This document shows, in pieces, positions 18,352 through 27,706 of a stretch of 35,705 nt of DNA. Each line of letters opens with the position of its first letter. Positions within the stretch are counted from its first letter, which is position 1. This DNA comes from a virus (lineage: Duplodnaviria; Caudoviricetes), in IMG/VR virus record IMGVR_UViG_3300030097_000532, positions 1 to 35,705 of that record, one strand, 5' to 3'. Position numbers and translations under genes: made by a program. The notes under the pieces were generated by a model. That model saw nothing but the letters and a program-made list of their open reading frames with translations, searched no databases and was not told where the DNA came from.

Positions 18352-21300
18352 ATGCCATACGTAATCGAGAAAGAGACAGGTCGCCAGAGGTGGGTAGGTA
18401 CCGACTTACTCCAACGAGCACTGGACTCCGGCGCATACTCCCTTCAGGAGAACCAGACCATCCTAATGGACAGCGGGGATGGTACTTCGACCCAGGTCGA
18501 AAGCGAAGACTATGAAGATGTCATCAAGGCAGGTGGTCGCGCGCTATCAACAGCTGAGGCTATAACCGTACGTGAGGATATAGCAAAAGAGGCATACTAC
18601 AGCACCCCAGAGCAAAGGCTAAAGGCTGGAGCACTCGGCGCAGCTCGCGGTATCTCCCTGGATGCAAGTGATGTTCTTCTTGAGGGAGGGGCACCAATCG
18701 AGTTGCCGTGGGGGATGGGAAGCATTGATCGCCCATCCATTGTCTCCGAAGAGGAACGCAAGGAATTAGAGAGATTCAGGCCCGTTGAATCCATGGCTGG
18801 TGAAATACTAGGTATGGGGGTCGGCATTGTCGGAAGTGGCGGCACGGGGCTGGCGGCAAAGGGGGCTGCGGTTACAGCAAAGGGAGCTGCGGCTGGAGCA
18901 CTCGGCAGGATGGGCCGTACAGTCGGACCCCTTGTGAAGTGGACGCCTGCTGGGTTGGCGGGCACAGCAGGAAGGGCCGCAGGCGCGAAGACTGCGAAGA
19001 TCATAGCAGGGAAGATAGGAGCCAAGGGCCTAGCAAAGAATCAGAAGGCTTTGGCTGCTTTGGCATCCGCAGCCCCAGTGGTTGCTTCGGGGATTACCGA
19101 AGAGGCGATTATTGCTGGAGCGCAGGCAGCCGCAGAATTTGATTATACAGGAAATGCAGATGACCTAGTGGCAACGCTATGGGCATCCGGTCAGGGTGGC
19201 GCGATTGGTGGTGGAATCTCTGCCACCCTGGCTGCTCTTCCTGGTTCTTCAGGTATGGCGTTAGCGCTTTGGAAGAAGGGCTTTAAGATACCGCCGAAGA
19301 TGAATCGCTGGTCAGCCGAGAAGCTCCAGAAGCTTACCGGTGAATACAGTGAGGCGGATGCGAGTAAGGTTGCGAAGATCTTCGAGGGCAAAGAAGCAAC
19401 ACCTGAAATGGTTCTGGATGCGCTCAAGAAGGACGACATTATAAAGACAGAGGACGCAACGAACCTCGCGGCGGCACTCAATGAGATAGTTAGGACTGGC
19501 CCAAGGCAGATAAACAACACCTTCTTTGATGCAGCCAACGGAGTCAGGAAGCAGACCGTTGATCAGATTCTCCCCGGAACAAAGGGGTTCGAAGACCTGA
19601 AGGGTGACTTCGACGCAATAGGCTTTCAGGCATCCTACCAGGGGCACCTCCATGACCTAGAGGACATTGCATTCAATCCAGGGAAGTACACATCAGAGAA
19701 CCTACTAGGGGCTGCTGATGAAACCCTGAACCCCCTTGCCGCAAGGCTTAAGGCGCTTGCCGGGCATGACACAATGAGAGGGAGCCCGGAGACATTCAAC
19801 AAGATAGCAAGACAGATCGCCTTCCAGTCGAGAAAAGCAGCAAAGAGACTGAGAAGGGTGGAGTTCTATCAGTCCGTCAAGGCACCTGCGACCAACCTCT
19901 TAAGGCAGAACGTTAGCCTTCCGGGCCACCTTGCTGATGTCCTAGTTGAAGCAAACGAAGGCATCAGAAATATCATCTATACCGCAGTTGAAAAGGGCGG
20001 GATGCGCCTGGATGACTGGGGAATGCTTGGCCCAACCAGGGAATATTTCCAAGGGACGCTCACCAATCCACAGTTCCTTGGGGCGGCGGCAAAGTTCTAT
20101 TCGAAGACCAGCAATATCTATACGCGATGGTCTAAGGTGAAGAACGAGACCAGGAAATACCTTGAGAAGCATGGTCTCTTAGATGCCCCTGCGGAGAAGA
20201 TAAAGGACCTCATAGATAGAGCGGAGAAGGGTGACAAGAAGGCGCTTGAGGCTATCTCGAAGTACAAGAAGCTATCTGAGGCCACCGACGCCTATACTCA
20301 GGAAGTATTGGCGGCTACAAAGCAGAGCCCTGCTCTTTATCAGGAGACAATCACCAGGAACATTAAGGCGTATAACTCTCTAGAAGGCTCGGAGCAGCTT
20401 GCTGAACTTGTTAAGATATTCGCACCATCAGAGCAGAGTCATTACGTTTCTGGGATGGTTTCTGGGGCGAAGGATCTCCTAAAGTCGAAGCTCCTAGCCA
20501 TTAGCAAAAAGCAGGCTGGAGCATTCCTTACTCTCGGTGCGCTCACCAGCGGGTCTATTCCTCAGATGATAGGGATCGCCGCTGGCGCTAACTTGGCAGG
20601 GTCTGCCCTGAAGGCATTCAGAAGCCCCTACAAGCAGCTAAACCGTCTAGCCAGAATTGAGCAGCTTGAAAAGGAAGGGAAGGAAGCTTTTGATGATGGC
20701 GTAAAATCTGTAATTAGCAACATCGGCAAGGACGGAAGATTTGTCATCGATGCCATGGAGGTTACACAGAGTGCGGCGAATGCTTATATGGCAGACTTGT
20801 TGGCGACGTACAGGGAAAACGAGAATAGCCCGGCATTCGGCAGTCGAGAAGAAAAAACAGACTCGCGTCAAAGGCAAACAGAGAAGAAGGCATTCCTCAC
20901 AATTACAACCCTGGGAAGCAGTCCAGATCTATTGCACTCAAAAATAGAGGAAGCCACTAGCGACATTAACGAGTCCCCCACGATACGCGATGCGATTAAG
21001 CGACAGACGGCGGAATCCATTCAAGTTATCAATAGGATAAGGCCGAAGGAAATCAATATAAAGATGGACCCCCTCACTGGAGAGCAGAGCGTCAGCGGTC
21101 CGGACTATGCCTTTGACAAGATGAACCAGATTTATGCCATGGCACAGAATCCAATCAAGGTCGTGATCGCAGCGTCCAGGTCGAGGACGCTGACCAAGGG
21201 GATGGCGGATGCGTTTAGCGCATTGCATCCGAAGATTTACGCCGATTTTGTGGGGAAGATACGAGAATCGATAATTGACCAAAAGACTAGAAGTAAAACA

Positions 21301-21498
21301 AAATACAGTGATAGGCTGATGTTATCGACGCTCTTCAATATTCCAATGGAGGCATCGATAACCGCTCCTGCTATGTCGGCATTACAAGCAGCATACCAGG
21401 AAGAAGAGAAGCCAGAGCCGAGACCACAGAGGGGCCTAGCCTCCCTGAAGAAGGAAGTTGACAACACCATGACCCCCTCGCAAAGGGCCATGGGATAA
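18352..21498 (+). CDS. Large internal virion (ejection) protein
   Basis: 1048 aa, A/G-rich hydrophobic N-terminal third, helical; typical position. Confidence 0.65.
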   Translation: MPYVIEKETGRQRWVGTDLLQRALDSGAYSLQENQTILMDSGDGTSTQVESEDYEDVIKAGGRALSTAEAITVREDIAKEAYYSTPEQRLKAGALGAARGISLDASDVLLEGGAPIELPWGMGSIDRPSIVSEEERKELERFRPVESMAGEILGMGVGIVGSGGTGLAAKGAAVTAKGAAAGALGRMGRTVGPLVKWTPAGLAGTAGRAAGAKTAKIIAGKIGAKGLAKNQKALAALASAAPVVASGITEEAIIAGAQAAAEFDYTGNADDLVATLWASGQGGAIGGGISATLAALPGSSGMALALWKKGFKIPPKMNRWSAEKLQKLTGEYSEADASKVAKIFEGKEATPEMVLDALKKDDIIKTEDATNLAAALNEIVRTGPRQINNTFFDAANGVRKQTVDQILPGTKGFEDLKGDFDAIGFQASYQGHLHDLEDIAFNPGKYTSENLLGAADETLNPLAARLKALAGHDTMRGSPETFNKIARQIAFQSRKAAKRLRRVEFYQSVKAPATNLLRQNVSLPGHLADVLVEANEGIRNIIYTAVEKGGMRLDDWGMLGPTREYFQGTLTNPQFLGAAAKFYSKTSNIYTRWSKVKNETRKYLEKHGLLDAPAEKIKDLIDRAEKGDKKALEAISKYKKLSEATDAYTQEVLAATKQSPALYQETITRNIKAYNSLEGSEQLAELVKIFAPSEQSHYVSGMVSGAKDLLKSKLLAISKKQAGAFLTLGALTSGSIPQMIGIAAGANLAGSALKAFRSPYKQLNRLARIEQLEKEGKEAFDDGVKSVISNIGKDGRFVIDAMEVTQSAANAYMADLLATYRENENSPAFGSREEKTDSRQRQTEKKAFLTITTLGSSPDLLHSKIEEATSDINESPTIRDAIKRQTAESIQVINRIRPKEINIKMDPLTGEQSVSGPDYAFDKMNQIYAMAQNPIKVVIAASRSRTLTKGMADAFSALHPKIYADFVGKIRESIIDQKTRSKTKYSDRLMLSTLFNIPMEASITAPAMSALQAAYQEEEKPEPRPQRGLASLKKEVDNTMTPSQRAMG

Positions 21499-21547
21499 TG
21501 ACCACTTGGGATGAAGATATGTCCCGCCATGTGCCTAGGAGGATTTG

Positions 21548-21904
21548 ATGCGTACCATAACCAAGAAATTTGCAGGCCTATCTGGAACAACCGAGACATT
21601 CGCCATGGACTTAAAGGTCCAGGACCAGGGCAGGCAAACCTGGGAGTTCTACTCCTCCGGCAGCTCTGCCAATCTCAGAGTAAGGCTGAAGTCTGTAATT
21701 ACTCAGGACGATGGAGTTGAGGTTGCTGGCTCTGGCTCCGGCACTACTGCTGGGTGTGACATCCAGACGATTGACCTTACAGATGAGGTTCTGACCATCG
21801 TGAACTTCAACATGAAGCTCTCGCACGTACGATGCACTTATGATGACGATGGTGTGGGCCCTATGCAGGGAGATCTCTACATCAAAGCCACAGCGGCGAA
21901 GTGA
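21548..21904 (+). CDS. Small beta-rich virion/tail-associated protein
   Basis: AGGAGG RBS; precedes tail fibre. Confidence 0.6.
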   Translation: MRTITKKFAGLSGTTETFAMDLKVQDQGRQTWEFYSSGSSANLRVRLKSVITQDDGVEVAGSGSGTTAGCDIQTIDLTDEVLTIVNFNMKLSHVRCTYDDDGVGPMQGDLYIKATAAK

Positions 21905-21912
21905 GGTAAGTT

Positions 21913-23430
21913 ATGGCTGATGCAAAAATTATAACATTCGGCGAGTTATTCTCTGCCACGACTGATGTCATTCCCGACAACAAAGCGGCTGCTGTGGAGA
22001 TCGAAGGTCTCGATGGCAAGGACTACATTAAGATTGATACCACCGATGGTTCGGAATCGGTTCGGCTTGTTAGCAGTGGAACGGGGGATGTCGGCATAGG
22101 GCCGACGGCACCGGTTGAGCTTTTGCATCTTTCGAAGTCGGATAGCAGTGCGGCACGTATCCAATTTACCAATTCAACGACTAACCACACGGCGACCGAT
22201 GGATGCTATATCGGCCTGGACGCGTCAGAAACCTTCCATATTAATCAGCAAGAGTCTAATGATCTGTTACTTTATACGAGCGGATCCCCACGTATATTTA
22301 TTAAATCCACGGGCGAGGTCGGGATTGGGACGACGGAGCCGACGCATCTCCTGAGTGTTAGCGGGGGTGATGTTTCGATATCAGACACATCCCCAGTGCT
22401 TGAGATTCGTGACAGTCGGAACAATCCCGGCGCCACGGATTTAGGGGCAATATCCTTTACGTCTTCTGATGCGTCGGCGGGCGATGATTATTGCGCGACG
22501 ATCGTATGTGAAAGCATAAATGGAACCGCCAAGCCCGATGGCGCTTTGCGATTCACGATGTTCAATAATGGGACAGCCAATGGCGTTGTGAGGATGGAAA
22601 ACAACGGTGATGTCTCGATTCAAAAAGCGGGAACAGCCGAAAGCATTGTAGATTTTCTTACACTCGAAAACACCGTTAATGCTGCAACCATGGACGGCAC
22701 CGGATCGGCTATCCATTTTAAGCAGTATTATTATGACGCATCCAGTCCTGCCACTGAAGACTCCGCTAAAATCACAGTTGCAACAGAAACTAACTGGACA
22801 TCAACGGCCAGCACCCGCGATTCCTACATGGCCTTCGAGACCTCTGATGGCGGAACGATGGCCGAGCGGATGCGGATTGATTCAGCTGGGAACGTCGGCG
22901 TTGCCAAAACGGCAAGCAGTGCAGTTCGGATGGATGTGTCGGGAGCGGTCGGAGCGTCAACGGGGTATTATGTCAGAGAGACATTAGATCCCAATCATAT
23001 AGATGATAGGTCAAACGGTAGTGGAAGCGCCACATTATACATCGGGGACGAGCCTATCAATACGACTTCAGATCGACGCATCAAAAAGAACATCGTTGAT
23101 ACCAGCGCAAATGCCCTTGATACACTTGATAAAGTTCGAGTAGTCGATTTTGAGTGGGATGATCCTAGTGATGTCACAAACGGGAAAAATGCCCGTGGGG
23201 CTTGGACGGGCGTCATCGCACAGGAAGTCATCGATCATATCCCTTATGCCGTTAATGCTCCGCGTGACCCTCAAACTATGGAACCGTTACCTGACGCGAA
23301 AAGATTGGACAACGAGGGGAACGAATTCGACCAATTATGGCTCTTGAATTACGGAAACATCGTTCCGCTTTTAATTAAAGCGGTGCAAGAGTTAAAGAGT
23401 GAAATTGCTCAACTGAAAGAAGGAAACTAG
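21913..23430 (+). CDS. Tail fibre with C-terminal S74 intramolecular chaperone
   Basis: Repeated G.VGIG/RMRIDSAGNVG fibre motifs; TSDRRIKKNI...GVIAQEV...LLIKAVQELK. Confidence 0.88.
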   Translation: MADAKIITFGELFSATTDVIPDNKAAAVEIEGLDGKDYIKIDTTDGSESVRLVSSGTGDVGIGPTAPVELLHLSKSDSSAARIQFTNSTTNHTATDGCYIGLDASETFHINQQESNDLLLYTSGSPRIFIKSTGEVGIGTTEPTHLLSVSGGDVSISDTSPVLEIRDSRNNPGATDLGAISFTSSDASAGDDYCATIVCESINGTAKPDGALRFTMFNNGTANGVVRMENNGDVSIQKAGTAESIVDFLTLENTVNAATMDGTGSAIHFKQYYYDASSPATEDSAKITVATETNWTSTASTRDSYMAFETSDGGTMAERMRIDSAGNVGVAKTASSAVRMDVSGAVGASTGYYVRETLDPNHIDDRSNGSGSATLYIGDEPINTTSDRRIKKNIVDTSANALDTLDKVRVVDFEWDDPSDVTNGKNARGAWTGVIAQEVIDHIPYAVNAPRDPQTMEPLPDAKRLDNEGNEFDQLWLLNYGNIVPLLIKAVQELKSEIAQLKEGN

Positions 23431-23432
23431 AA

Positions 23433-23783
23433 ATGGCAGCAACATGGAATATATCAAACTGCAACGACTGGAAGGTTAAGGACGGTCGCGAGAAAGTAAT
23501 CTTTAATCTGCACTGGAATTGCACCGACTCTCGCGAGTACCCGAACCCCGAGCCAGGGGGGGATCCGTTAATAGCCTACGGCAGTATTATCGGGACGTGC
23601 AGGTTGCCTATCGATGGCATTCAAGATTTCACGCCCTACGCTGAAGTGACTAAGGACATGGCTCTTGAATGGCTCTTCTCTGTGATGACTGTCGATCAAA
23701 AGGCGAAGTCTGAAGCTCACGTCGAGCAGCAGATTTTGAATAAGATTGACCCACCGACTGAAAATGGGCTGCCTTGGAGTTAA
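23433..23783 (+). CDS. Tail-fibre-associated protein
   Basis: W.I...HW...FTPY.EVT....LEW...LPW pattern commonly seen next to phage fibres. Confidence 0.6.
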   Translation: MAATWNISNCNDWKVKDGREKVIFNLHWNCTDSREYPNPEPGGDPLIAYGSIIGTCRLPIDGIQDFTPYAEVTKDMALEWLFSVMTVDQKAKSEAHVEQQILNKIDPPTENGLPWS

Positions 23784-23786
23784 CGG

Positions 23787-24071
23787 ATGGACCCAGTACA
23801 GACGGGAGCTACTGCTGCTATTGTCTCAATCGTACTGGGAGCCTTCAAGCTCGTCGAGAGTATAAGCAAGAAGAAGAATGGTGCAGGGTCAGAAGTACGT
23901 TTGGCACTGATAGAAGAATCCCAAAAAGACACACTCCTTGCGATCTCTGAGCTGAGAGCTAAGGTCGGATTGTTCCACCGCGAGTTTTTGGAATTCCGAG
24001 AGTCTCAACGTGTGATCACCGCGCAACAAGAAACTCGTGAAAAAACGCTTAGGGAGATTAAGAATGGATAA
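23787..24071 (+). CDS. Single-TM lysis-cluster protein (holin/antiholin-like)
   Basis: N-terminal hydrophobic helix followed by coiled coil; upstream of endolysin. Confidence 0.55.
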   Translation: MDPVQTGATAAIVSIVLGAFKLVESISKKKNGAGSEVRLALIEESQKDTLLAISELRAKVGLFHREFLEFRESQRVITAQQETREKTLREIKNG

Positions 24072-24306
24072 AGAGGGATCAAAAACAAGCGAGAAGAAAC
24101 AATCAACCTTGGTGATTCTGCTTTCCGTCACCATGCCTGCCATCGCACTTGTGCTAGACAGTCTGGTTGGCCAGGGCCTCATCAACGGCACCTGGGCGAT
24201 GGTTGCTGGGTTGCTATCAGCCGGCATTGCAAGCGCCGGATACAGCCACTCAAGAGGTCGTGTGAAAGCGGCTGAGGCGGTGGCCCGTGCAGCAAAAAAA
24301 AACTAA
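24064..24306 (+). CDS. Holin-like protein with two TM segments
   Basis: GGGAG RBS before ATG 24064; two hydrophobic segments; basic C-terminus ending KKN. Confidence 0.65.
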   Translation: MDKEGSKTSEKKQSTLVILLSVTMPAIALVLDSLVGQGLINGTWAMVAGLLSAGIASAGYSHSRGRVKAAEAVARAAKKN

Positions 24307-24311
24307 TCAAG

Positions 24312-24545
24312 GTGGTGAACGATGATGCGGTGGATGCTCTCAGCAATGCGATCGGTACTGGTGAACACAACAGCCTATTTGCTGGCATACGTGCTGCTGG
24401 GGATTGGGCTGGCGGCGAGAAAGCTACAGAAGTCGAGGCGTTTGCTCAAGCGAATGCTCTTATCGGTGACGTGAACCTATTTGCAGAGGCGGCTGCGGGG
24501 CTAGACGGTTGGCAAGGAACCGCCGGATTGAAATGGAGCTGGTGA
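24312..24545 (+). CDS. Beta-strand-rich ORF ending GLKWSW; probably reached by -1 frameshift from the upstream gene
   Basis: In the -1 frame of the holin-like ORF and open through the A9C run; no well-spaced RBS of its own. Confidence 0.6.
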   Translation: MVNDDAVDALSNAIGTGEHNSLFAGIRAAGDWAGGEKATEVEAFAQANALIGDVNLFAEAAAGLDGWQGTAGLKWSW

Positions 24546-24546
24546 G

Positions 24547-24978
24547 ATGATTCATGATTCCGTGTGGGTTGGCCCCCATTTCCAAGCAAAAGAGTTTAAG
24601 TGCCCCTGCTGCGGTGAAAACGAAATTCATCAGGGAGTGATTCACGTTCTTGAGGAAGTGAGGAAGGCGGTGGGAGAGCCACTTCGAATATCATCAGGGG
24701 TCCGCTGCCCGTCTCATAATAAGAGTGTCGGGGGCGCACCAAAAAGTTTCCACCAACCACAAGAAAACGGCAGGGGGTATGCTGCGGACTTTACGTTCTC
24801 CTCTGCATCTTTAAAGGTCCCCATAAATATTCTGAGACTCTACACACTCGCGTCAGAAGAAGTGGGGGACGAAGGTGGTGTCATTCTCTATCCAACCTGG
24901 GTTCACGTAGATTTTCGCGGAGCGCTCGGAAAGCCCAGGTATCGCTCGACGGCAAAATTTAACTGGCCAAGACTTTAA
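24547..24978 (+). CDS. Endolysin, peptidase M15 family (Zn D-Ala-D-Ala carboxypeptidase-like)
   Basis: HF..KEFKCPCCG, ISSGVRCPSHN..VGGA..SFH, AADF, WVHVDFR. Confidence 0.92.
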   Translation: MIHDSVWVGPHFQAKEFKCPCCGENEIHQGVIHVLEEVRKAVGEPLRISSGVRCPSHNKSVGGAPKSFHQPQENGRGYAADFTFSSASLKVPINILRLYTLASEEVGDEGGVILYPTWVHVDFRGALGKPRYRSTAKFNWPRL

Positions 24979-24979
24979 A

Positions 24980-25009
24980 GTTGACCCAGTAGGCAACATA
25001 CCCTATGCT
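24980..25009 (+). promoter_or_regulatory. Sigma70-type promoter with overlapping operator GTTGAC-N6-GGCAAC
   Basis: TTGACC-17-TATGCT. Confidence 0.7.
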
Positions 25010-25036
25010 GTTATCTAACAACAAAAGGGGTTCGAG

Positions 25037-25192
25037 ATGCTGCTTTGCGATTTCAATAACATTGTCGGTGCTAAGGTAATTACGGAAACAAGAAACCGGG
25101 TGAAGGTAAAATACTTCACGCCGAAGGAGGGGGAGATTGTGCGATGGCTAGACAGAAATGAGATACGGAAGATTTATCGATACAGCCGCTAG
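25037..25192 (+). CDS. Small hypothetical protein (51 aa, MLLCDFNNIVGAKV...), below the ORF-track cutoff
   Basis: Own promoter, AACAACAAAAGGGG leader/RBS, stop overlaps the stop of the convergent gene. Confidence 0.7.
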   Translation: MLLCDFNNIVGAKVITETRNRVKVKYFTPKEGEIVRWLDRNEIRKIYRYSR

Positions 25193-25365
25193 TTCAGTGC
25201 CTCCATTAATCGTTGCTCTAGTCTGAGTACACGTTCCCTTAGAAAAGCGTTTTCTTTGATCAGTCCCTCATAGAGGCTCATTAGCTCGATGGCGTTTAGT
25301 CCGCCCTCGTCTCGCTCGACAGGCACCGGAATAATCTTATACGTCTTATCTTCGTCATCGCTCAT
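25189..25365 (-). CDS. Small coiled-coil hypothetical protein (58 aa, MSDDEDK...)
   Basis: AGGGAG RBS before ATG 25365. Confidence 0.6.
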   Translation of the reverse strand: MSDDEDKTYKIIPVPVERDEGGLNAIELMSLYEGLIKENAFLRERVLRLEQRLMEALN

Positions 25366-25434
25366 AATGCCAGTCTCCCTGATGACGTTCCTATTTGCAG
25401 GAACCACCCGGTAAGTGAATCTCTTCATGATAAG

Positions 25435-25463
25435 ATTGTAGGCGAGGGCCAATCGGGAGTCTA
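25435..25463 (-). promoter_or_regulatory. Sigma70-type promoter
   Basis: TAGACT-17-TACAAT on the minus strand. Confidence 0.55.
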
Positions 25464-25519
25464 GGGGATAGGATAGTGGCCATAGATTAATGCCACCACA
25501 GCACAGATAATGCAGACGA

Positions 25520-25885
25520 CTACCACGGCAGGGCCTTGGTCGCTGCTGGGTTTGCAGCCAAAAACCCAGTTACACCGACAGCCAGAGCTGCCCCGCTCAG
25601 TGCGAGTTTCACCCATGGTGCTTTAGGCATGGGGGGATCAATCTCATGGCCATAAAGTATGCTTGGATACATCTTGTTTCTAGCGTCCTTTAGGAGTTCA
25701 ACAACCTCACTTAAGTCTTGAGCAATATCAAGATGCTTCTCGGTGTATGGTGCTGACTCCTTGTCGGGATGCATCTCGCTCGACCCGTGGAACCACGCCT
25801 TCTCGTCTAGCGTGTGTGCCAGTGCGAGCTTGATTGACTCTTCTAAGTCTAAAAGTCTTTGTGTTGGTCTTCTTTCTTGCATCAC
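25520..25885 (-). CDS. Hypothetical protein with C-terminal hydrophobic segment
   Basis: 121 aa, coupled to the upstream ORF. Confidence 0.7.
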   Translation of the reverse strand: MMQERRPTQRLLDLEESIKLALAHTLDEKAWFHGSSEMHPDKESAPYTEKHLDIAQDLSEVVELLKDARNKMYPSILYGHEIDPPMPKAPWVKLALSGAALAVGVTGFLAANPAATKALPW

Positions 25886-26154
25886 TTCACCCCCTTAATG
25901 ATATCGATTAAGTCTAACTTATCCTGTCTTGAAATTTCATCTTTATGATCGCGTCGGATCTGCGCCCTCTGCTCAGAAAGCATTAGACTTTTAAGCATAT
26001 CCTGTTCAGCTGCCCTGGATTGATGCTGGCGAAACTCATTCTCACTCATCTCGACAATATCCGTACTGCTAGCAGAGCCCTTCCCTATGCAAACACCGCC
26101 CACAAACGCGGCGGCCATTACCAATGCGGCCACCGCTAAAAACTGATTATCCAT
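25882..26154 (-). CDS. Hypothetical membrane-anchored protein
   Basis: N-terminal TM segment; AAC-repeat/AGGGG leader. Confidence 0.75.
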   Translation of the reverse strand: MDNQFLAVAALVMAAAFVGGVCIGKGSASSTDIVEMSENEFRQHQSRAAEQDMLKSLMLSEQRAQIRRDHKDEISRQDKLDLIDIIKGVK

Positions 26155-26187
26155 TGTATTTATCCCCTGTTGTTGTTGTTGTTATTA

Positions 26188-26430
26188 CTAATCCCAATCT
26201 ATCGCCCGGACCCTTCCTCCGGTCAGCTTCTCTAATTTTTGGGCCATGTCCAGCCTTGGCCTACGGTGACTATTCCCCCATTTACTAATCGTAAAATGGT
26301 TGAACCCGTACACCTCACTAAACCGCCTGACTGTCATCCCCTTCTCTTCTAGAAATTCCAGTAAACAGTCGTACGCCGTCGGTCTCTTCAATTCCATGGA
26401 GGATCTCTTCTTTTGTTCTGTTTGTCCCAT
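26188..26430 (-). CDS. Cro/XRE-like helix-turn-helix regulator
   Basis: LLEFLEEKGMTVRRFSEVYG....TISKW....RRP.......LEKLTGGRV...DW. Confidence 0.85.
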   Translation of the reverse strand: MGQTEQKKRSSMELKRPTAYDCLLEFLEEKGMTVRRFSEVYGFNHFTISKWGNSHRRPRLDMAQKLEKLTGGRVRAIDWD

Positions 26431-26854
26431 AGAGCACCTCTACAAGTTTAAGGTTTGCACTGAGTCCGGAAACTGCCACCGACAGAAACCCCAGCTCAGC
26501 GGAGCGATTTAAGAATAGCACCTGTTCATCGCTAACTTTCCCCTTGTCCCCTTTTAACTCCCAAAACACGCCCTTGAATCCCTCACACGGAGAATTCAAG
26601 ATGCACAGGTCAGGCGTCCCCCTCACCGCTCCCGATCTCTTTAACCGTGAAGCGGCGATTGCGTCTCTTTTTCCACCCATCGGAATGTGAAACACGAAAC
26701 ACTTTAATTTCCGAAGGGCGGTTACTACGCGGTTTTGAATCTGCTCCTCGCTTAACTCCCCCTTCGGGCGCTTCTTCTTCTTTAGCTTCGGAAGTTCCTG
26801 CGCCTTCTTTGACGAGTAAAATCTTTGCATTGCGTCCCTGACACCGCTTGTCAT
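26318..26854 (-). CDS. VRR-NUC-family PD-(D/E)xK nuclease
   Basis: EEQIQ...FHIP.GG.R...G...GTPDL...FWELK...GKVS.EQ..FL. Confidence 0.85.
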   Translation of the reverse strand: MTSGVRDAMQRFYSSKKAQELPKLKKKKRPKGELSEEQIQNRVVTALRKLKCFVFHIPMGGKRDAIAASRLKRSGAVRGTPDLCILNSPCEGFKGVFWELKGDKGKVSDEQVLFLNRSAELGFLSVAVSGLSANLKLVEVLYGTNRTKEEILHGIEETDGVRLFTGISRREGDDSQAV

Positions 26855-26890
26855 CCGTATAATCCCCCAGTGATAATGTGGTCATAAATC

Positions 26891-27706
26891 CTATTCCCTA
26901 TGCCTTAGGTGCTCAACAATTTCTCCACCAAAAAGAGACGCAGCTCTAACCGCCTCCTTTGGCACAGGGGGTAGATTGGATGCTTCTATCTCTGTCACCG
27001 TGCTCTCCACGAGCTTCCAAAGCTCATTCTCTGGAATACTTGGGTTACTTTTCTTGTTGAACTCAGCCGCCTTCTTCAGAAGACATGCCATGCGTCCCTT
27101 CGCTGACCCAAGCCTCCAGTGCTTCCCTTCTTGCGCCCAATAAGCCTCTTTAATAAATTCAGCGGTCGCCGAATGACCCTTCCTTGGGGGGCTACCCAAG
27201 CTTGCGACAATAACTAAAAGGCTACCAGGAATGGAGCCGAGCTTGCATTCCCAAGGCGCGACAATCCATTGCAACCGCTTGCCATCAGGAAGAAGAGAAG
27301 GTGGTGCCAATATGGGATCCTTCCTGATAGACATCCCATTTCCCCATGGCCGAACGCTCAATAAATCCGTTGGACGTTTAAAGAAAACAAGCCAACTCCC
27401 ACCTGACCCCTTGGCCACCCAAGTCTTTTGGATGTTATGCCTTTCTTTCAACTCAGAAAAGCTCTCTCTACCTTCCTTGGTCACCTCAAGCACGGCGACA
27501 CCTTCGCAGGCATCGATTGCGATGTTTACATAAGGCCATCGGCCCTCTTCGAATGCCTCCAGAGAAAAGCCACCCAGGGGATGGTCCCCCTTGTTGGTGC
27601 AACCCTTGATTAGGCAAGTGCAAGACCCATCGGGCTTGATCCCATGCCAGGGGATTGTCTTAACCCCAAACTTCTGGAGGTGCTTAAACCACTTGTCCAT
27701 ACTCAT
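26891..27706 (-). CDS. Bifunctional primase-polymerase (Prim-Pol)-like protein with degenerate catalytic motifs
   Basis: G.CTC...C...GDHP, WP.VNIAI, GSGG, APPS...G....W, and a PriCT-like C-terminus. Confidence 0.7.
   Translation of the reverse strand: MSMDKWFKHLQKFGVKTIPWHGIKPDGSCTCLIKGCTNKGDHPLGGFSLEAFEEGRWPYVNIAIDACEGVAVLEVTKEGRESFSELKERHNIQKTWVAKGSGGSWLVFFKRPTDLLSVRPWGNGMSIRKDPILAPPSLLPDGKRLQWIVAPWECKLGSIPGSLLVIVASLGSPPRKGHSATAEFIKEAYWAQEGKHWRLGSAKGRMACLLKKAAEFNKKSNPSIPENELWKLVESTVTEIEASNLPPVPKEAVRAASLFGGEIVEHLRHRE

Noticed and set aside
888-23347. Numerous antisense and alternate-frame ORFs in the track
   Set aside because: They are shadows of well-supported + strand genes and lack RBSs or recognisable motifs.
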